Origin: Proteobacteria bacterium UBA1673
GTDB taxonomy: Bacteria > Pseudomonadota > Gammaproteobacteria > Comchoanobacterales > Comchoanobacteraceae
Reading direction: 5' to 3'
NCBI GenBank assembly: GCA_002320385.1
Contig: DCKN01000037.1
Coordinates: 1 to 40,523 of the forward strand
Length of the DNA stretch: 40,523 nt
In this document: positions 15,328 through 25,502 of the stretch, in pieces
Numbering within the stretch: position 1 is the first letter of the stretch
Layout of the letters: each line of letters starts with the position of its first letter
Made by a program: the position numbers and the translations under genes
The notes under the pieces: generated by a model
What the model was told of the DNA's origin: nothing
What the model saw: only the letters and a program-made list of their open reading frames with translations
Database searches by the model: none

Positions 15328-15750
15328 ATGACGCAAGACGTTCAACAAACTTTATCAATTATCAAGCCTGATGCTGTGCAGAGAGACTTTATTGGAAATA
15401 TCATTTCTCGCTTTGAGGGTGCTGGCTTGAAAATCGTTGCGATGCAAATGAAACAACTCTCCAAGAGTGAGGCAGAAACTTTTTATGCGATTCATAAAGA
15501 GCGTCCTTTTTTTGGTGAACTGGTTGACTTCATTAGCTCTGACAAAGTAGTCATTATGGTTTTAGAGGGTGAAGATGCCATTCAAGCGAATCGTGATATC
15601 ATGGGCGCAACTAATCCAGATGATGCCAAGGCAGGTACAATTAGGCATGATATTTCATTATCTATTGGCGAGAATTCTGTACATGGATCTGATAGCGAAG
15701 CCAACGCAAAGATAGAGATAGAACAGTTTTTCCCTGAAATCTTGAAATAA
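15328..15750 (+). CDS. ndk: Nucleoside diphosphate kinase.
   Basis: [33 protein letters not shown], and NSVHGSDS containing the active-site His. Confidence 0.96.
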   Translation: MTQDVQQTLSIIKPDAVQRDFIGNIISRFEGAGLKIVAMQMKQLSKSEAETFYAIHKERPFFGELVDFISSDKVVIMVLEGEDAIQANRDIMGATNPDDAKAGTIRHDISLSIGENSVHGSDSEANAKIEIEQFFPEILK

Positions 15751-16835
15751 TGCCCAGTATTTTCAATTACAGCCGATCAGAGCTTGGCGATGTGCTCGTT
15801 GAGCTCGGGCATCAACGTTTCCGCGCAGAGCAAATCATGCGTTGGATTTATCATCAAGATGTCACTGATTTTTCCGCCATGGAAAATCTGCCGAAAGCCC
15901 TACGCTCTGAACTGGCTGGACAATTTGTCACAGCATTGCCAATTGCCCAATCGGAGCATATCAGTGGTTGCGGGACGGTTAAATGGTTGTTTAGCATGGA
16001 TAGTAAAAATGCTGTCGAAACTGTTTATATTCCAGAGTCTCGGCGCGCGACACTGTGTATATCTTCGCAAATCGGCTGTGCGCTTGCATGTCAATTTTGT
16101 GCAACTGGCCTTGCGGGTTTTTTACGTAATCTCAGCACTGCAGAGATTATTTCCCAGGTTTATGCTGCTAAAGAACGGCTTGCAATTATTGCCCCAGATC
16201 AACCTAAAATCACCAATATTGTTTTTATGGGGATGGGTGAACCACTACTTAATGTAGAAAATGTTTTTCGAGCGGTTGATATCTTGCTTGATGATCTTGC
16301 CTTTGGACTGTCAAAATATCGGGTTACCGTCAGTACATCGGGTATTATTCCCGCGATTCGACGACTGACAACCGACTGTAAAGCCGCACTTGCCATATCT
16401 ATTCACGCTGCTGATAACGATGTTCGAGATCAGATTGTTCCAATCAATCGGAAGCATCCGCTGAAAAAACTGATTGAAGCCTGTGATGCTTACACTCAAG
16501 CAACCAATCGACCAATTACGTATGAGTATGTGATGCTGAAAGATATCAATGACCGACCTCAAGATGCCAATAAACTTGCTAAGTTACTTGCATCTCGTAA
16601 AGCGAAAGTAAACCTTATTCCATACAATCCGGTTCCAGAGCTGGCGCTTGCCTCTAGTTCATCCGAGCGTATCGAAGCCTTTAAACGACGACTTAATCAA
16701 AGTGGCATCGTCACTACTGTAAGAAAAACACGTGGAGACGATATCAACGCTGCATGTGGCCAGTTATTTGGCCAAGTGACCGAACGTAACAAGCGTATCG
16801 ACACTTATCAGTTTCACAGAGCAGATTGTGCATGA
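15750..16835 (+). CDS. rlmN: Dual-specificity 23S rRNA/tRNA m2A methyltransferase RlmN (radical SAM).
   Basis: FRAEQIMRWIYHQ, radical-SAM CALACQFCATG, FMGMGEPLLN, and C-terminal DINAACGQL. The start overlaps the ndk stop (TAATG). Confidence 0.95.
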   Translation: MPSIFNYSRSELGDVLVELGHQRFRAEQIMRWIYHQDVTDFSAMENLPKALRSELAGQFVTALPIAQSEHISGCGTVKWLFSMDSKNAVETVYIPESRRATLCISSQIGCALACQFCATGLAGFLRNLSTAEIISQVYAAKERLAIIAPDQPKITNIVFMGMGEPLLNVENVFRAVDILLDDLAFGLSKYRVTVSTSGIIPAIRRLTTDCKAALAISIHAADNDVRDQIVPINRKHPLKKLIEACDAYTQATNRPITYEYVMLKDINDRPQDANKLAKLLASRKAKVNLIPYNPVPELALASSSSERIEAFKRRLNQSGIVTTVRKTRGDDINAACGQLFGQVTERNKRIDTYQFHRADCA

Positions 16836-16985
16836 TGCGTTTGCGACTATCAATGGCCCTACTCTCTGACTACTTGAACATGAAGATATTGCGCGTAGTG
16901 GGCTCTTTCCTTGATTCTCAGTGTTGACATGACTGGACGAGTATGACCCGAACTAACCGTTATGGGGCATTATCGCCAGAGCGCT

Positions 16986-17459
16986 CTACTGGATTGTTTG
17001 CGCTAAGCTCTTGATGACCCATGGCTGCATCGCACTTTGATAGCAATCCATCACGCCCATCACACCCCAAGAACAGATATATAAAAACACCAAATACCCG
17101 ACCATGAAGAAAATTTGGTTGATGCCATCAATAACATAGCTATAGATCCATCCTCGAATCCATGTCGCGTATACCAATAATCCTAGCGTGTAATAGGCAA
17201 AATAAAAACCGAAACAACTATCGTAAAATAGCGACGATGCCAATAAAAAAACACTGTAGTCATCACTCGTTATCAATTGCTGAATCGACCACACACTCAC
17301 AAAGTAAATCAAATAGAAATAGAAATCGTAGTTACCACTGATCACGCTCTGCCAGCAGCAGAATGCAGAGAAGATTATGAGTGCTAAGGCTGTTTCCGTT
17401 AGCACTTCGATGCATACCAGAATGTTGCTGGTATTATTCTTTAAATAAGTACTAACCAT
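16986..17459 (-). CDS. mreD: Rod shape-determining protein MreD.
   Basis: 157-aa polytopic membrane ORF that overlaps the 3' end of mreC in the conserved mreBCD order. Confidence 0.7.
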   Translation of the reverse strand: MVSTYLKNNTSNILVCIEVLTETALALIIFSAFCCWQSVISGNYDFYFYLIYFVSVWSIQQLITSDDYSVFLLASSLFYDSCFGFYFAYYTLGLLVYATWIRGWIYSYVIDGINQIFFMVGYLVFLYICSWGVMGVMDCYQSAMQPWVIKSLAQTIQ

Positions 17460-18238
17460 TCGATGTCTTTCAGCGTGTCTCTGTGCTTAATTTTTGCGAT
17501 CAGAAAAGTTTTATCCGGCGTTGCTTGCACACTCTCAACTTCTCCAAAAGCATAATATTTTAAGCCTTCTTTGGTCGTAGACGGCACTTTGACTTGGTCA
17601 CCTTTACGCACTTGAGCATCGATCGGAATATGGATAAGCTCAATCTCAGCACCCACACCCACCGCGATAGCGCTGCTTTTAGACTTACCGACAACAACTG
17701 GGATTGCGCTTCGTTTGTCTTGCGCTAATAGAACTTGAGCTGTCTGGCCCGTCACTGCTCGTACTCGACCGATCAGCATACCTCGGTTATTTATCACTAG
17801 CATTCCAGGCTTTGCTTTGTGATCAGGTGTTCTGACATATAACAGTCGCGCAGATGGATAATTGTATACACGCTCAAGTCTTGCAATGATATTGTGCTGA
17901 TCTGGATGCGCATGCCCGATTGAAGCTTTTAGCTGTTTATTCTCTTGCTTGAGCGACTCTAAATCCATAATGTATTGTCTAAGTCGGTGGTTTTCGAGTG
18001 ATAGATCATTGTTTGACGCTTCAAGCGCTGCGAGCAATTTTGCTTGAAAAGCTTTAGAACTGTAATGCTTGTGCACGTGATCGAAACGCGAAATTACCTG
18101 CTTTCTAAGTGCTTGCATGCCATTATGAACAAGCCCACCAGAAAGATACTCAAAGCTACAGCATCCAATGATCAATACTAAATAAACCACATAGTGGGCT
18201 GGAAATACTTCATTCTGATATTGTCTCATTGCTCTCAA
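17441..18238 (-). CDS. mreC: Rod shape-determining protein MreC.
   Basis: N-terminal TM helix, coiled coil (LENHRLRQYIMDLESLKQENKQLKAS), then a beta-domain (GMLIGRVRAVTGQTAQVLLAQDKRSAIPVVV). It lies between mreB and mreD. The start is TTG at 18238, or ATG at 18229. Confidence 0.85.
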   Translation of the reverse strand: MRAMRQYQNEVFPAHYVVYLVLIIGCCSFEYLSGGLVHNGMQALRKQVISRFDHVHKHYSSKAFQAKLLAALEASNNDLSLENHRLRQYIMDLESLKQENKQLKASIGHAHPDQHNIIARLERVYNYPSARLLYVRTPDHKAKPGMLVINNRGMLIGRVRAVTGQTAQVLLAQDKRSAIPVVVGKSKSSAIAVGVGAEIELIHIPIDAQVRKGDQVKVPSTTKEGLKYYAFGEVESVQATPDKTFLIAKIKHRDTLKDIEWLVLI

Positions 18239-18245
18239 TCGACAC

Positions 18246-19301
18246 CTAATCCTCGGTCAATAGATCCAAAGCAACTTGATCGAAGACATTCAGTAGCTTT
18301 GCTCCACCTCTCACCACACATGTTTTCGGATTGTCAGCAATAACAACTGGCAAGCCCACTTCTTCAGCAATTAATCGATCAATATTATTTAACAGTGCGC
18401 CACCGCCACTCAATACCATACCTCGATGATTGATATCTGCTGACAATTCAGGTGGCACCTGCTCCAGTGCTGTACGAATAGCGCTGATGATACCTGATAG
18501 CGGCTCTGAGAGCGCCTCAAGCACTTCACTGCTTCGTAACACGAAGCTTCTGGGCACCCCTTCTGATATGAGTCTACCGCTGATTTCCATTTCTAAGTCG
18601 TCACCCGTTGGGTATGCCGTTGCAATTTTAAGCTTGATATTTTCTGCGGTTGCTTCGCCAATAAGACAGCCGTAACGACGACGCACGTAAGTAATGATTG
18701 CTTCGTCAAATGCATCACCGCCAATTCTCACTGACTGCGCATAGACAATACCATTGAGTGAAATGATTGCAATTTCAGTGGTTCCACCACCGATGTCAAC
18801 AATCATATTGCCGCTTGGTCCGTCGATCGGCAAATTTGCGCCAAGTGCTGCTGCAAGCGGCTCATCAATACATCGAACATAACGCGCACCTGCACCGTAA
18901 GCCGATTCTTTGATTGCGCGCCTCTCAACTTGCGTTGACCCACACGGAACGCAGATTACGACGATGGGGCGAGGCTTGAATATTGAATTGCTGTGTACCG
19001 ATGAAATGAAGTGATGCAGCATTCGCTCTGTTAAATGAAAATCAGCGATTACCCCTTCTCGTAGAGGGCGTACCGTCTTGATACGGCCTGGTGTTTTGCC
19101 AACCATGCGCTTCGCCTCACTGCCAACGACACATATCATATCTTTGGGGTTGGTTTGGGCATTGCTTACTGCCACTATAGACGGCTCGTTAAGAATAACC
19201 TCTCCGTTAGGATTGGCAACCAGCGTGTTTGCTGTGCCTAAATCGATGGAATATTTTTGTGTGAATGAGTCAAACATAGATCTCAATCGTGTAATCGACA
19301 T
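18246..19301 (-). CDS. mreB: Rod shape-determining actin homologue MreB.
   Basis: IDLGTANTLV, MIVDIGGGTTEIAIISL, GGDAFDEAI, and MVLSGGGALLNNIDRLI. Confidence 0.97.
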   Translation of the reverse strand: MSITRLRSMFDSFTQKYSIDLGTANTLVANPNGEVILNEPSIVAVSNAQTNPKDMICVVGSEAKRMVGKTPGRIKTVRPLREGVIADFHLTERMLHHFISSVHSNSIFKPRPIVVICVPCGSTQVERRAIKESAYGAGARYVRCIDEPLAAALGANLPIDGPSGNMIVDIGGGTTEIAIISLNGIVYAQSVRIGGDAFDEAIITYVRRRYGCLIGEATAENIKLKIATAYPTGDDLEMEISGRLISEGVPRSFVLRSSEVLEALSEPLSGIISAIRTALEQVPPELSADINHRGMVLSGGGALLNNIDRLIAEEVGLPVVIADNPKTCVVRGGAKLLNVFDQVALDLLTED

Positions 19302-19351
19302 AATTATACCTAGAAAATTTTCTTGTCTATTACGTTACCTTAAAAAAATTC

Positions 19352-19379
19352 TTGACACAAGCATTTTAATCAATATGAT
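19352..19379 (+). promoter_or_regulatory. Candidate sigma70 promoter for gatCAB, TTGACA-N16-TATGAT.
   Basis: TTGACA at 19352-19357 and TATGAT at 19374-19379, in the divergent mreB/gatC spacer. Confidence 0.5.
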
Positions 19380-19410
19380 AGGTGCTACGGAACCAAATCA
19401 TCGCCTCAGT

Positions 19411-19719
19411 ATGCCAAAATCAATTGATAACGAAGCCATTGACCTCATTGCGAAATCTTCTGGTCTAAAGTTTACGCCTGACGAGAATGCTGCCCTTACA
19501 TCAAGCCTTGGTAGCATGATTGAACTGTTCATCAATATGGATAACATCGAGGTCTGCCCCACCAAGCAATCAGATTTTAACAAAACGACTTATCAGTGCC
19601 TACGTGAAAACACTGAGACATGTGCCACAACGCCCAAAAATCTGTCAAGTACCTACCCGTACTATGACCAAAGCACTGGCTTTTTTACTGTCCCAAAGGT
19701 ACTAAAATCCGAGGATTAA
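19411..19719 (+). CDS. gatC: Glu-tRNA(Gln)/Asp-tRNA(Asn) amidotransferase subunit C.
   Basis: This is the C-terminal 102 codons of track ORF 19078-19719. It contains IDNEAIDLIAKSSGLKFTPDE...LREN...GFFTVPKVL, sits directly before gatA, and lies downstream of the promoter, so the upstream part of the long ORF is rejected. Confidence 0.85.
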   Translation: MPKSIDNEAIDLIAKSSGLKFTPDENAALTSSLGSMIELFINMDNIEVCPTKQSDFNKTTYQCLRENTETCATTPKNLSSTYPYYDQSTGFFTVPKVLKSED

Positions 19720-21183
19720 ATGCATACGAAGACACTCAAAGCGCTCTCTGAACTTCTGAAAGATAAAACTATTTCTTCCAGAGAGCTAACGCAGCACTAC
19801 ATCGATCGAATAGACCAGTACAATGACGCCATCAACGCCGTTGTTCATATCGACCGTGAGCGCTGTCTCAAAGCTGCTGATTCTGTTGATCAGCGTCGCT
19901 CCCAAGACGATCAAGGTTTATCTGTACTTGCTGGCATCCCCCTAATGAACAAAGATATTTTCTGTACGGTCTCTGAACCCACCACTTGTGCCTCTAAGGC
20001 ATTGCAAGGTTATCAATCCCCATTTGATGCCACGATCATCAAGAACTGTCGAGATGCAGGCATGGTGATGTTTGGAAAATGTAATATGGATGAGTTTGCG
20101 ATGGGTGGATCCAATGAAAACAGTTTCTACGGACCAACCAAGAACCCTTGGGATCTCAGTCGTGTACCAGGTGGCTCATCTGGTGGTAGCGCTGCTGCGA
20201 TTGCAGCACGCCTTACCCCTGCTGTCACTGGCACAGATACTGGTGGGTCTATACGTCAACCCTCTGCATTTTGTGGCATCACTGGTATTAAGCCAAGTTA
20301 TGGTGTCATTTCACGGTATGGGGTGGTGGCGTTTGCTTCAAGCCTAGATCAAGCTGGTCCCATGGCATGTAGTGCAGAAGACTGCGCATTATTATTATCA
20401 CAGATGGCAAGCTACGATCCTGCTCATGACATGACAAGTGTCCGGCAGCAAGACTATGACTACACCACCAATCTCAATGATTCACTCAAAGGACTAAGGG
20501 TTGGCCTGCCAAAAGAATATTTTGATCATTTTGCCGATGCTGACATTGAAAAATGCATGCAAGCGGCAATTGATGAATTCAAAAAGCTCGGGGTTGAATG
20601 TGTTGAAATTTCATTGCCTGATGTAAAACATTGTATCTCGGCTTACTACACGATTGCGCCTTGTGAGGCATCATCGAATCTTGCGCGATTTGATGGTAAT
20701 ATCTATGGATATCGCAGCCCGAATAGCCGTGATATCGATAGTATGTACAGTGCGTCTCGCTCAGAAGCTTTTGGTAATGAAGTTAAGCGACGCATTGTGA
20801 TGGGCACTTATGCATTGAGCAGTGGCTACAGCAATGATTATTACTCAAAAGCACAGAATATCCGCAACCTAATTCGTCATGATTTTGACGAAGCCTGGCA
20901 AAAAGTAGACATCATTTTGGCGCCAACCACGCCTTCGGTCGCTTTTAAAATAGACCAATTCTGTAACGATCCGATCAAAATGTATCAACAAGATGTCTTT
21001 ACGATACCTGTTAATCTCGCTGAGCTTCCAGCTTTGAGTATGCCAGTCGGGTTTGCGCATCAAATGCCAGTTGGTATGCAGATCATTGGTCCGAGATGGC
21101 AAGAAAAAAGGATTCTCAACTGTGCGCATCAGTTCCAAACCATCACTGATTGGCACACACGTATTCCAGAGCAATTTGCGTAA
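19720..21183 (+). CDS. gatA: Glu-tRNA(Gln) amidotransferase subunit A.
   Basis: Amidase signature GGSSGGSAAAIAA and GTDTGGSIRQPSAFCGI. Confidence 0.97.
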   Translation: MHTKTLKALSELLKDKTISSRELTQHYIDRIDQYNDAINAVVHIDRERCLKAADSVDQRRSQDDQGLSVLAGIPLMNKDIFCTVSEPTTCASKALQGYQSPFDATIIKNCRDAGMVMFGKCNMDEFAMGGSNENSFYGPTKNPWDLSRVPGGSSGGSAAAIAARLTPAVTGTDTGGSIRQPSAFCGITGIKPSYGVISRYGVVAFASSLDQAGPMACSAEDCALLLSQMASYDPAHDMTSVRQQDYDYTTNLNDSLKGLRVGLPKEYFDHFADADIEKCMQAAIDEFKKLGVECVEISLPDVKHCISAYYTIAPCEASSNLARFDGNIYGYRSPNSRDIDSMYSASRSEAFGNEVKRRIVMGTYALSSGYSNDYYSKAQNIRNLIRHDFDEAWQKVDIILAPTTPSVAFKIDQFCNDPIKMYQQDVFTIPVNLAELPALSMPVGFAHQMPVGMQIIGPRWQEKRILNCAHQFQTITDWHTRIPEQFA

Positions 21184-21196
21184 CTAAGGAGTAGTC

Positions 21197-22654
21197 ATGG
21201 GTAAACGATGGCATGTTGTGATTGGCCTTGAGGTACACGCGCAACTTACAACAAAAACGAAACTATTCTCTGAGTCATCAACATTGTATGGTGCCTCTCC
21301 CAACGACCAAGCTAATTATGTTGACTGTGCGCTACCAGGAACACTTCCTGTACTTAACAGGGAAGCTGTTCACCAGGCGATTCGCTTTGGTCTGGCAACG
21401 CATTCGGAAGTACAAAATCGTATCAGCTTTGACCGTAAGAACTATTATTATCCTGATTTACCTAAAGGCTATCAAATCACCCAACATTACCGTCCAATCT
21501 TACAAGGTGGTTACGTAGATATAAACGTTGACGGTGAAGCCAAGCGCATTCATATTCATCATAGCCATCTTGAGGAAGATGCTGGTAAAAGCAACCACGA
21601 CTACAGCAAAACTCACACAGGTATTGACCTGAACCGAGCTGGCATGCCGCTCCTGGAGATTGTCTCGCAACCTGAGATGCGCTCACCGCAAGAAGCTGTT
21701 GCCTATATCAAGGCGCTGCATAAGCTCATCGTGTTTCTGGAGATTTGCGACGGTAATATGCAAGAAGGATCAATGCGTGTAGACGTTAACGTTTCCATTC
21801 GAGAAAGTGAGACAGCACCTTTTGGTACCAAGGTTGAAATAAAAAATATAAACTCGTTCAAATTTGTTGAGAAAGCGTTGAACTATGAGATTCTCAGACA
21901 AGCGGAAATTCTTGAATCAGGCGGTGTTATTCAACAAGAAACACGCTTATTTGACGAGGCTTCAGGAACAACCATCTTCATGCGTGGCAAAGAAGATGCC
22001 CATGATTACCGCTATCATAAAGATCCTGATATTCCCTACATAGACATTGATGAGGCTACGATTGAGGCTATACGGCAACAAATGCCTGAGTCACCTAGCG
22101 ATAAGAAACAGCGTTATCTTGATATGTACCAGCTGAGTGATTATGATGCTGGTATTATTAGCCAGGACAAAGGATTTGCAACGCTTTTTGACCAAATTAT
22201 TGCGTTGAAAACTTGTACAGCGAAGACCTTGGCTAACTGGATATTAGGGCCGATTGCTGGCGCTGTGAATAAAACAAACTGCTCGCTTTCGCAGTCCAAG
22301 GTAGGTTTTAAGGCTGTTGCCACTCTGCTATCAATGATAGATGATCAAACAATTTCAAATAATAATGCAAAACTTGTTTTTGAGAAAATGTGGGATACTG
22401 GCAAAGACCCACAGACTATTATTCGTGAGGAAGGCTTAGAAGAGATTTCTGATCAGAGTATTATTCAAGCCATGATTGATCAAGTCTTAAGTGAAAATCC
22501 ATCGCAACTGGAGCAATACAAACAGGGGAATGGTAAACTTGCAGGCTTTTTTGTTGGACAGGTCATGAAAAAAGGCCAAGGCAAAGTTAATCCTAAAATA
22601 GCGAATCAGATGCTACAAACTACCCTCAAGTCGCTACTGGATGATAAACCCTAG
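21197..22654 (+). CDS. gatB: Glu-tRNA(Gln) amidotransferase subunit B.
   Basis: WHVVIGLEVHAQL, FDRKNYYYPDLPKGYQITQ, LEEDAGKS, and a C-terminal GatB/YqeY tail GFFVGQVMKK. Confidence 0.97.
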   Translation: MGKRWHVVIGLEVHAQLTTKTKLFSESSTLYGASPNDQANYVDCALPGTLPVLNREAVHQAIRFGLATHSEVQNRISFDRKNYYYPDLPKGYQITQHYRPILQGGYVDINVDGEAKRIHIHHSHLEEDAGKSNHDYSKTHTGIDLNRAGMPLLEIVSQPEMRSPQEAVAYIKALHKLIVFLEICDGNMQEGSMRVDVNVSIRESETAPFGTKVEIKNINSFKFVEKALNYEILRQAEILESGGVIQQETRLFDEASGTTIFMRGKEDAHDYRYHKDPDIPYIDIDEATIEAIRQQMPESPSDKKQRYLDMYQLSDYDAGIISQDKGFATLFDQIIALKTCTAKTLANWILGPIAGAVNKTNCSLSQSKVGFKAVATLLSMIDDQTISNNNAKLVFEKMWDTGKDPQTIIREEGLEEISDQSIIQAMIDQVLSENPSQLEQYKQGNGKLAGFFVGQVMKKGQGKVNPKIANQMLQTTLKSLLDDKP

Positions 22655-22710
22655 CTATTTTGTCTCGAAAAAGGTATCATAGATGCTTTAACTTATCGAT
22701 GCGAGGATCA

Positions 22711-23928
22711 ATGGACAAGCTTAAAGTCAGACAAGGCTGGATCATGTATGCCATTGCCGTGTCTTTTTATTTTTATGATTTCATACTGAAGTTGATTCCC
22801 TCTATTATGATGGATAACATCATCGACCGACTGGATATTACCACGGAGCAGTTCGGTTTCGTTGAATTGAGCTTTTATTCAACCTACATCCCAATGCAAC
22901 TGTTTTGCGGGCCAATACTTGACGAATACGGCCCCAAGAAAATCTTACCATCGGTCATTGGGTTATGTTTGTTGGGAAGTATTATTTCAGCGGTGACTAG
23001 GGACTATTATTGGTACCTGCTTGCGCGTTTGTTGATTGGTTTTGGCTCTGCGTTTGCATTCGTCAGTGTTCTAAAAATCGCCAGTGAATGGTTACCGAAA
23101 CGCGCTTACCCGTTTTTATCTGGCCTTACCACAACTTTCGGTATGCTGGGTGGTATTTTTTCAGAATCCATTGTGCCGATGTTCAACGACTATGACCAAT
23201 TGTATTTCTACTCAGTGATTTGCAGTGTTGCTGTTCTTCTCATCATTTTGTCTGTTTTGTTCGTTCGCGATGGAGAGCAACATGATGAACCTTTTGATCT
23301 GCTCCTTATACTCAAGGATATTAAAACTGTTCTCAGTCGACAACAAATTTGGGTTGCAGGATTGATCGGCCTTGCGATGTTCTCGCCAATTCAATTATTC
23401 GTGACCTGGGCAATACCATTTTTTGCCCATGACTTGGCCATTGACAAGATCACCAGTGGCAATATTGCCAGTATGCTGTTTTGGGGCACTTGTGTGTTTG
23501 CTCCAATTATTGGCTGGGTTGCCACTAGAATACAGCATATGAAATCGTTACTACTATTAGGTAATTTTTTATCACTTGTTGGGATGATCATGGTAATATT
23601 CAGTGCGCACAATAGTGTTTTATCAGCGATGCTTCTCATGTTTCTTGTCGGCGCGGGGGTTTCTGCTCAACCATTAGTATTTGTTTACGCCACACGTGAA
23701 GTTGATATTCACCTAACCGCGACAGCTGTGGCTGCAACAAACTTTATTGTTAATTTAAGTAGTCTGCTCCAGCCTTATATCGGCAGACAGCTGATACAAG
23801 TGTCGCGCAGTGTTTACAGCCTTGCTAGCTGGCGCAATGCGCTCGCTATTATTCCGTTGCTTTTGTTCATAAACTTCATATTCATTTATATACTTAAGGA
23901 AACTCAGTATGACAATGACAACAGCTAG
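22711..23928 (+). CDS. MFS transporter, substrate unknown.
   Basis: About 12 hydrophobic helices. GAGGA lies before the ATG at 22711; the track ORF starts at 22660. Confidence 0.75.
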   Translation: MDKLKVRQGWIMYAIAVSFYFYDFILKLIPSIMMDNIIDRLDITTEQFGFVELSFYSTYIPMQLFCGPILDEYGPKKILPSVIGLCLLGSIISAVTRDYYWYLLARLLIGFGSAFAFVSVLKIASEWLPKRAYPFLSGLTTTFGMLGGIFSESIVPMFNDYDQLYFYSVICSVAVLLIILSVLFVRDGEQHDEPFDLLLILKDIKTVLSRQQIWVAGLIGLAMFSPIQLFVTWAIPFFAHDLAIDKITSGNIASMLFWGTCVFAPIIGWVATRIQHMKSLLLLGNFLSLVGMIMVIFSAHNSVLSAMLLMFLVGAGVSAQPLVFVYATREVDIHLTATAVAATNFIVNLSSLLQPYIGRQLIQVSRSVYSLASWRNALAIIPLLLFINFIFIYILKETQYDNDNS

Positions 23929-25336
23929 CACACAGCAGACAACGAATACAGCTGGATTGTATTATATCAAAACGCATGGTTGCCAAATGAATGAGGAGGA
24001 TTCCAACAAGATGGGCAACCTATTGCAGGAGCAGTGCCAAATGTCTCCATGCACAAGTGTTCAAGATGCCGACTTAATTATTCTCAACACCTGTTCAATT
24101 CGTGAGAAAGCACAGGAGAAGGTTTTTTCTGAGTTAGGAAGATGGCGTAAAGAAATCAAGTGTAAAGATGATGTTGTCATCGCAGTTGCTGGTTGTGTTG
24201 CTTCTCAAGAGGCTGATGAGATTTTTAAACGTGCGCCGTTTGTAAAAATTGTGATTGGGCCACAAACAATCCATCGTTTAGGCGATTTATACCGTCAGTG
24301 TAAATCATCTAAAAAGCGTCAAATCGACGTTAGTTTTCCTGCAATAGAAAAATTTGATCATCTACCGCAGAATACCGAGAGCGCAGTATCATCTTTTTTG
24401 ACTATCATGGAAGGTTGCAACAAGTTCTGTAGCTACTGTATTGTCCCCTACACCCGCGGAGAAGAGATTAGTCGCGATTTCAAAAACGTGATTGAAGAGG
24501 CTAAGCATTTAGCGCGCACTGGAGCAAGAGAAATTGTACTTCTTGGTCAAAATGTCAACGACTATTACGGCAAGATTGACGAAACGATTGATGGCAACCT
24601 AGCGCTATTAATACAGACGATCAGTCAGATACCGGGCATTGAGCGTATTCGATTCACGACATCACATCCACAAGCTTTCGATGATACGCTTATTGATGCC
24701 TATGATGCTCGAAACACTAAGTTGTGTAACCACCTCCATTTACCTGTACAGAGCGGTAGTAATCGTATTCTCAAGAATATGAAACGTGATTATACAATTG
24801 AAAAATATCTTGAAATCATTGACCAGCTCCGATGCAAGCGGCCCGGCTTGCCTATCTCAACTGATATCATTGTCGGGTTTCCTGGTGAAACCGAAGATGA
24901 TTTTCAACAAACGATGGCCTTAGTTGATCGGGTAAAATTTGACTCATCATTTAGCTTTATTTATAGCCCGAGGCCGGGAACGCCTGCTAGTGAGCTTGTT
25001 GATGAGGTTCCGCTTGAAGAAAAAAAATCACGCCTTGCGCGCTTACAGACGCGGTTGAAATACTATGCTGACCAAATCGCTCTGTCTATGGTTGGACAGA
25101 CGGTAACAGTACTTGTTGAGGGGATGTCAAAAAAGAGCAATCGTCAGCTTTCTGGCCGAACCGAAAATAATCGTATCGTTAACTTTCCTGGTGATGCCAG
25201 TTTTCTTGGTCAAATTGTACATGTTACCATCACGGAGAAATGTCAAAATAGTCTTAGGGGTCGGCTTGTCTCTGGCGCCGATCAAGCACAAGCCAACCAC
25301 TCTACTGATAGACAGTCATTGGCAGCGGCAACCTAA
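23909..25336 (+). CDS. miaB: tRNA-i6A37 methylthiotransferase MiaB.
   Basis: YIKTHGCQMNEEDS, NTCSIREKA, radical-SAM CNKFCSYCIVPYTRG, and a C-terminal TRAM-like segment. Confidence 0.95.
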   Translation: MTMTTASTQQTTNTAGLYYIKTHGCQMNEEDSNKMGNLLQEQCQMSPCTSVQDADLIILNTCSIREKAQEKVFSELGRWRKEIKCKDDVVIAVAGCVASQEADEIFKRAPFVKIVIGPQTIHRLGDLYRQCKSSKKRQIDVSFPAIEKFDHLPQNTESAVSSFLTIMEGCNKFCSYCIVPYTRGEEISRDFKNVIEEAKHLARTGAREIVLLGQNVNDYYGKIDETIDGNLALLIQTISQIPGIERIRFTTSHPQAFDDTLIDAYDARNTKLCNHLHLPVQSGSNRILKNMKRDYTIEKYLEIIDQLRCKRPGLPISTDIIVGFPGETEDDFQQTMALVDRVKFDSSFSFIYSPRPGTPASELVDEVPLEEKKSRLARLQTRLKYYADQIALSMVGQTVTVLVEGMSKKSNRQLSGRTENNRIVNFPGDASFLGQIVHVTITEKCQNSLRGRLVSGADQAQANHSTDRQSLAAAT

Positions 25337-25502
25337 TGGTAGGACTTTAGTCTACACGCATCATAATCGCTATCTTCGGATCTTATTTTGGCAGTGTGTA
25401 TACAATATGCCTATTACATGAGATTGAAATTGATGTTCTGACCAATAAATCCACACAAAACTCATCAACAGTGCTATACTTTATTTTATTTGGAGCCTTA
25501 TT

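Noticed and set aside
19078-19410. The N-terminal two-thirds of track ORF 19078-19719.
   Set aside because: This part is antisense to the 5' end of mreB and runs through the mreB/gatC promoter region. Only the last 102 codons, from the ATG at 19411, resemble GatC.
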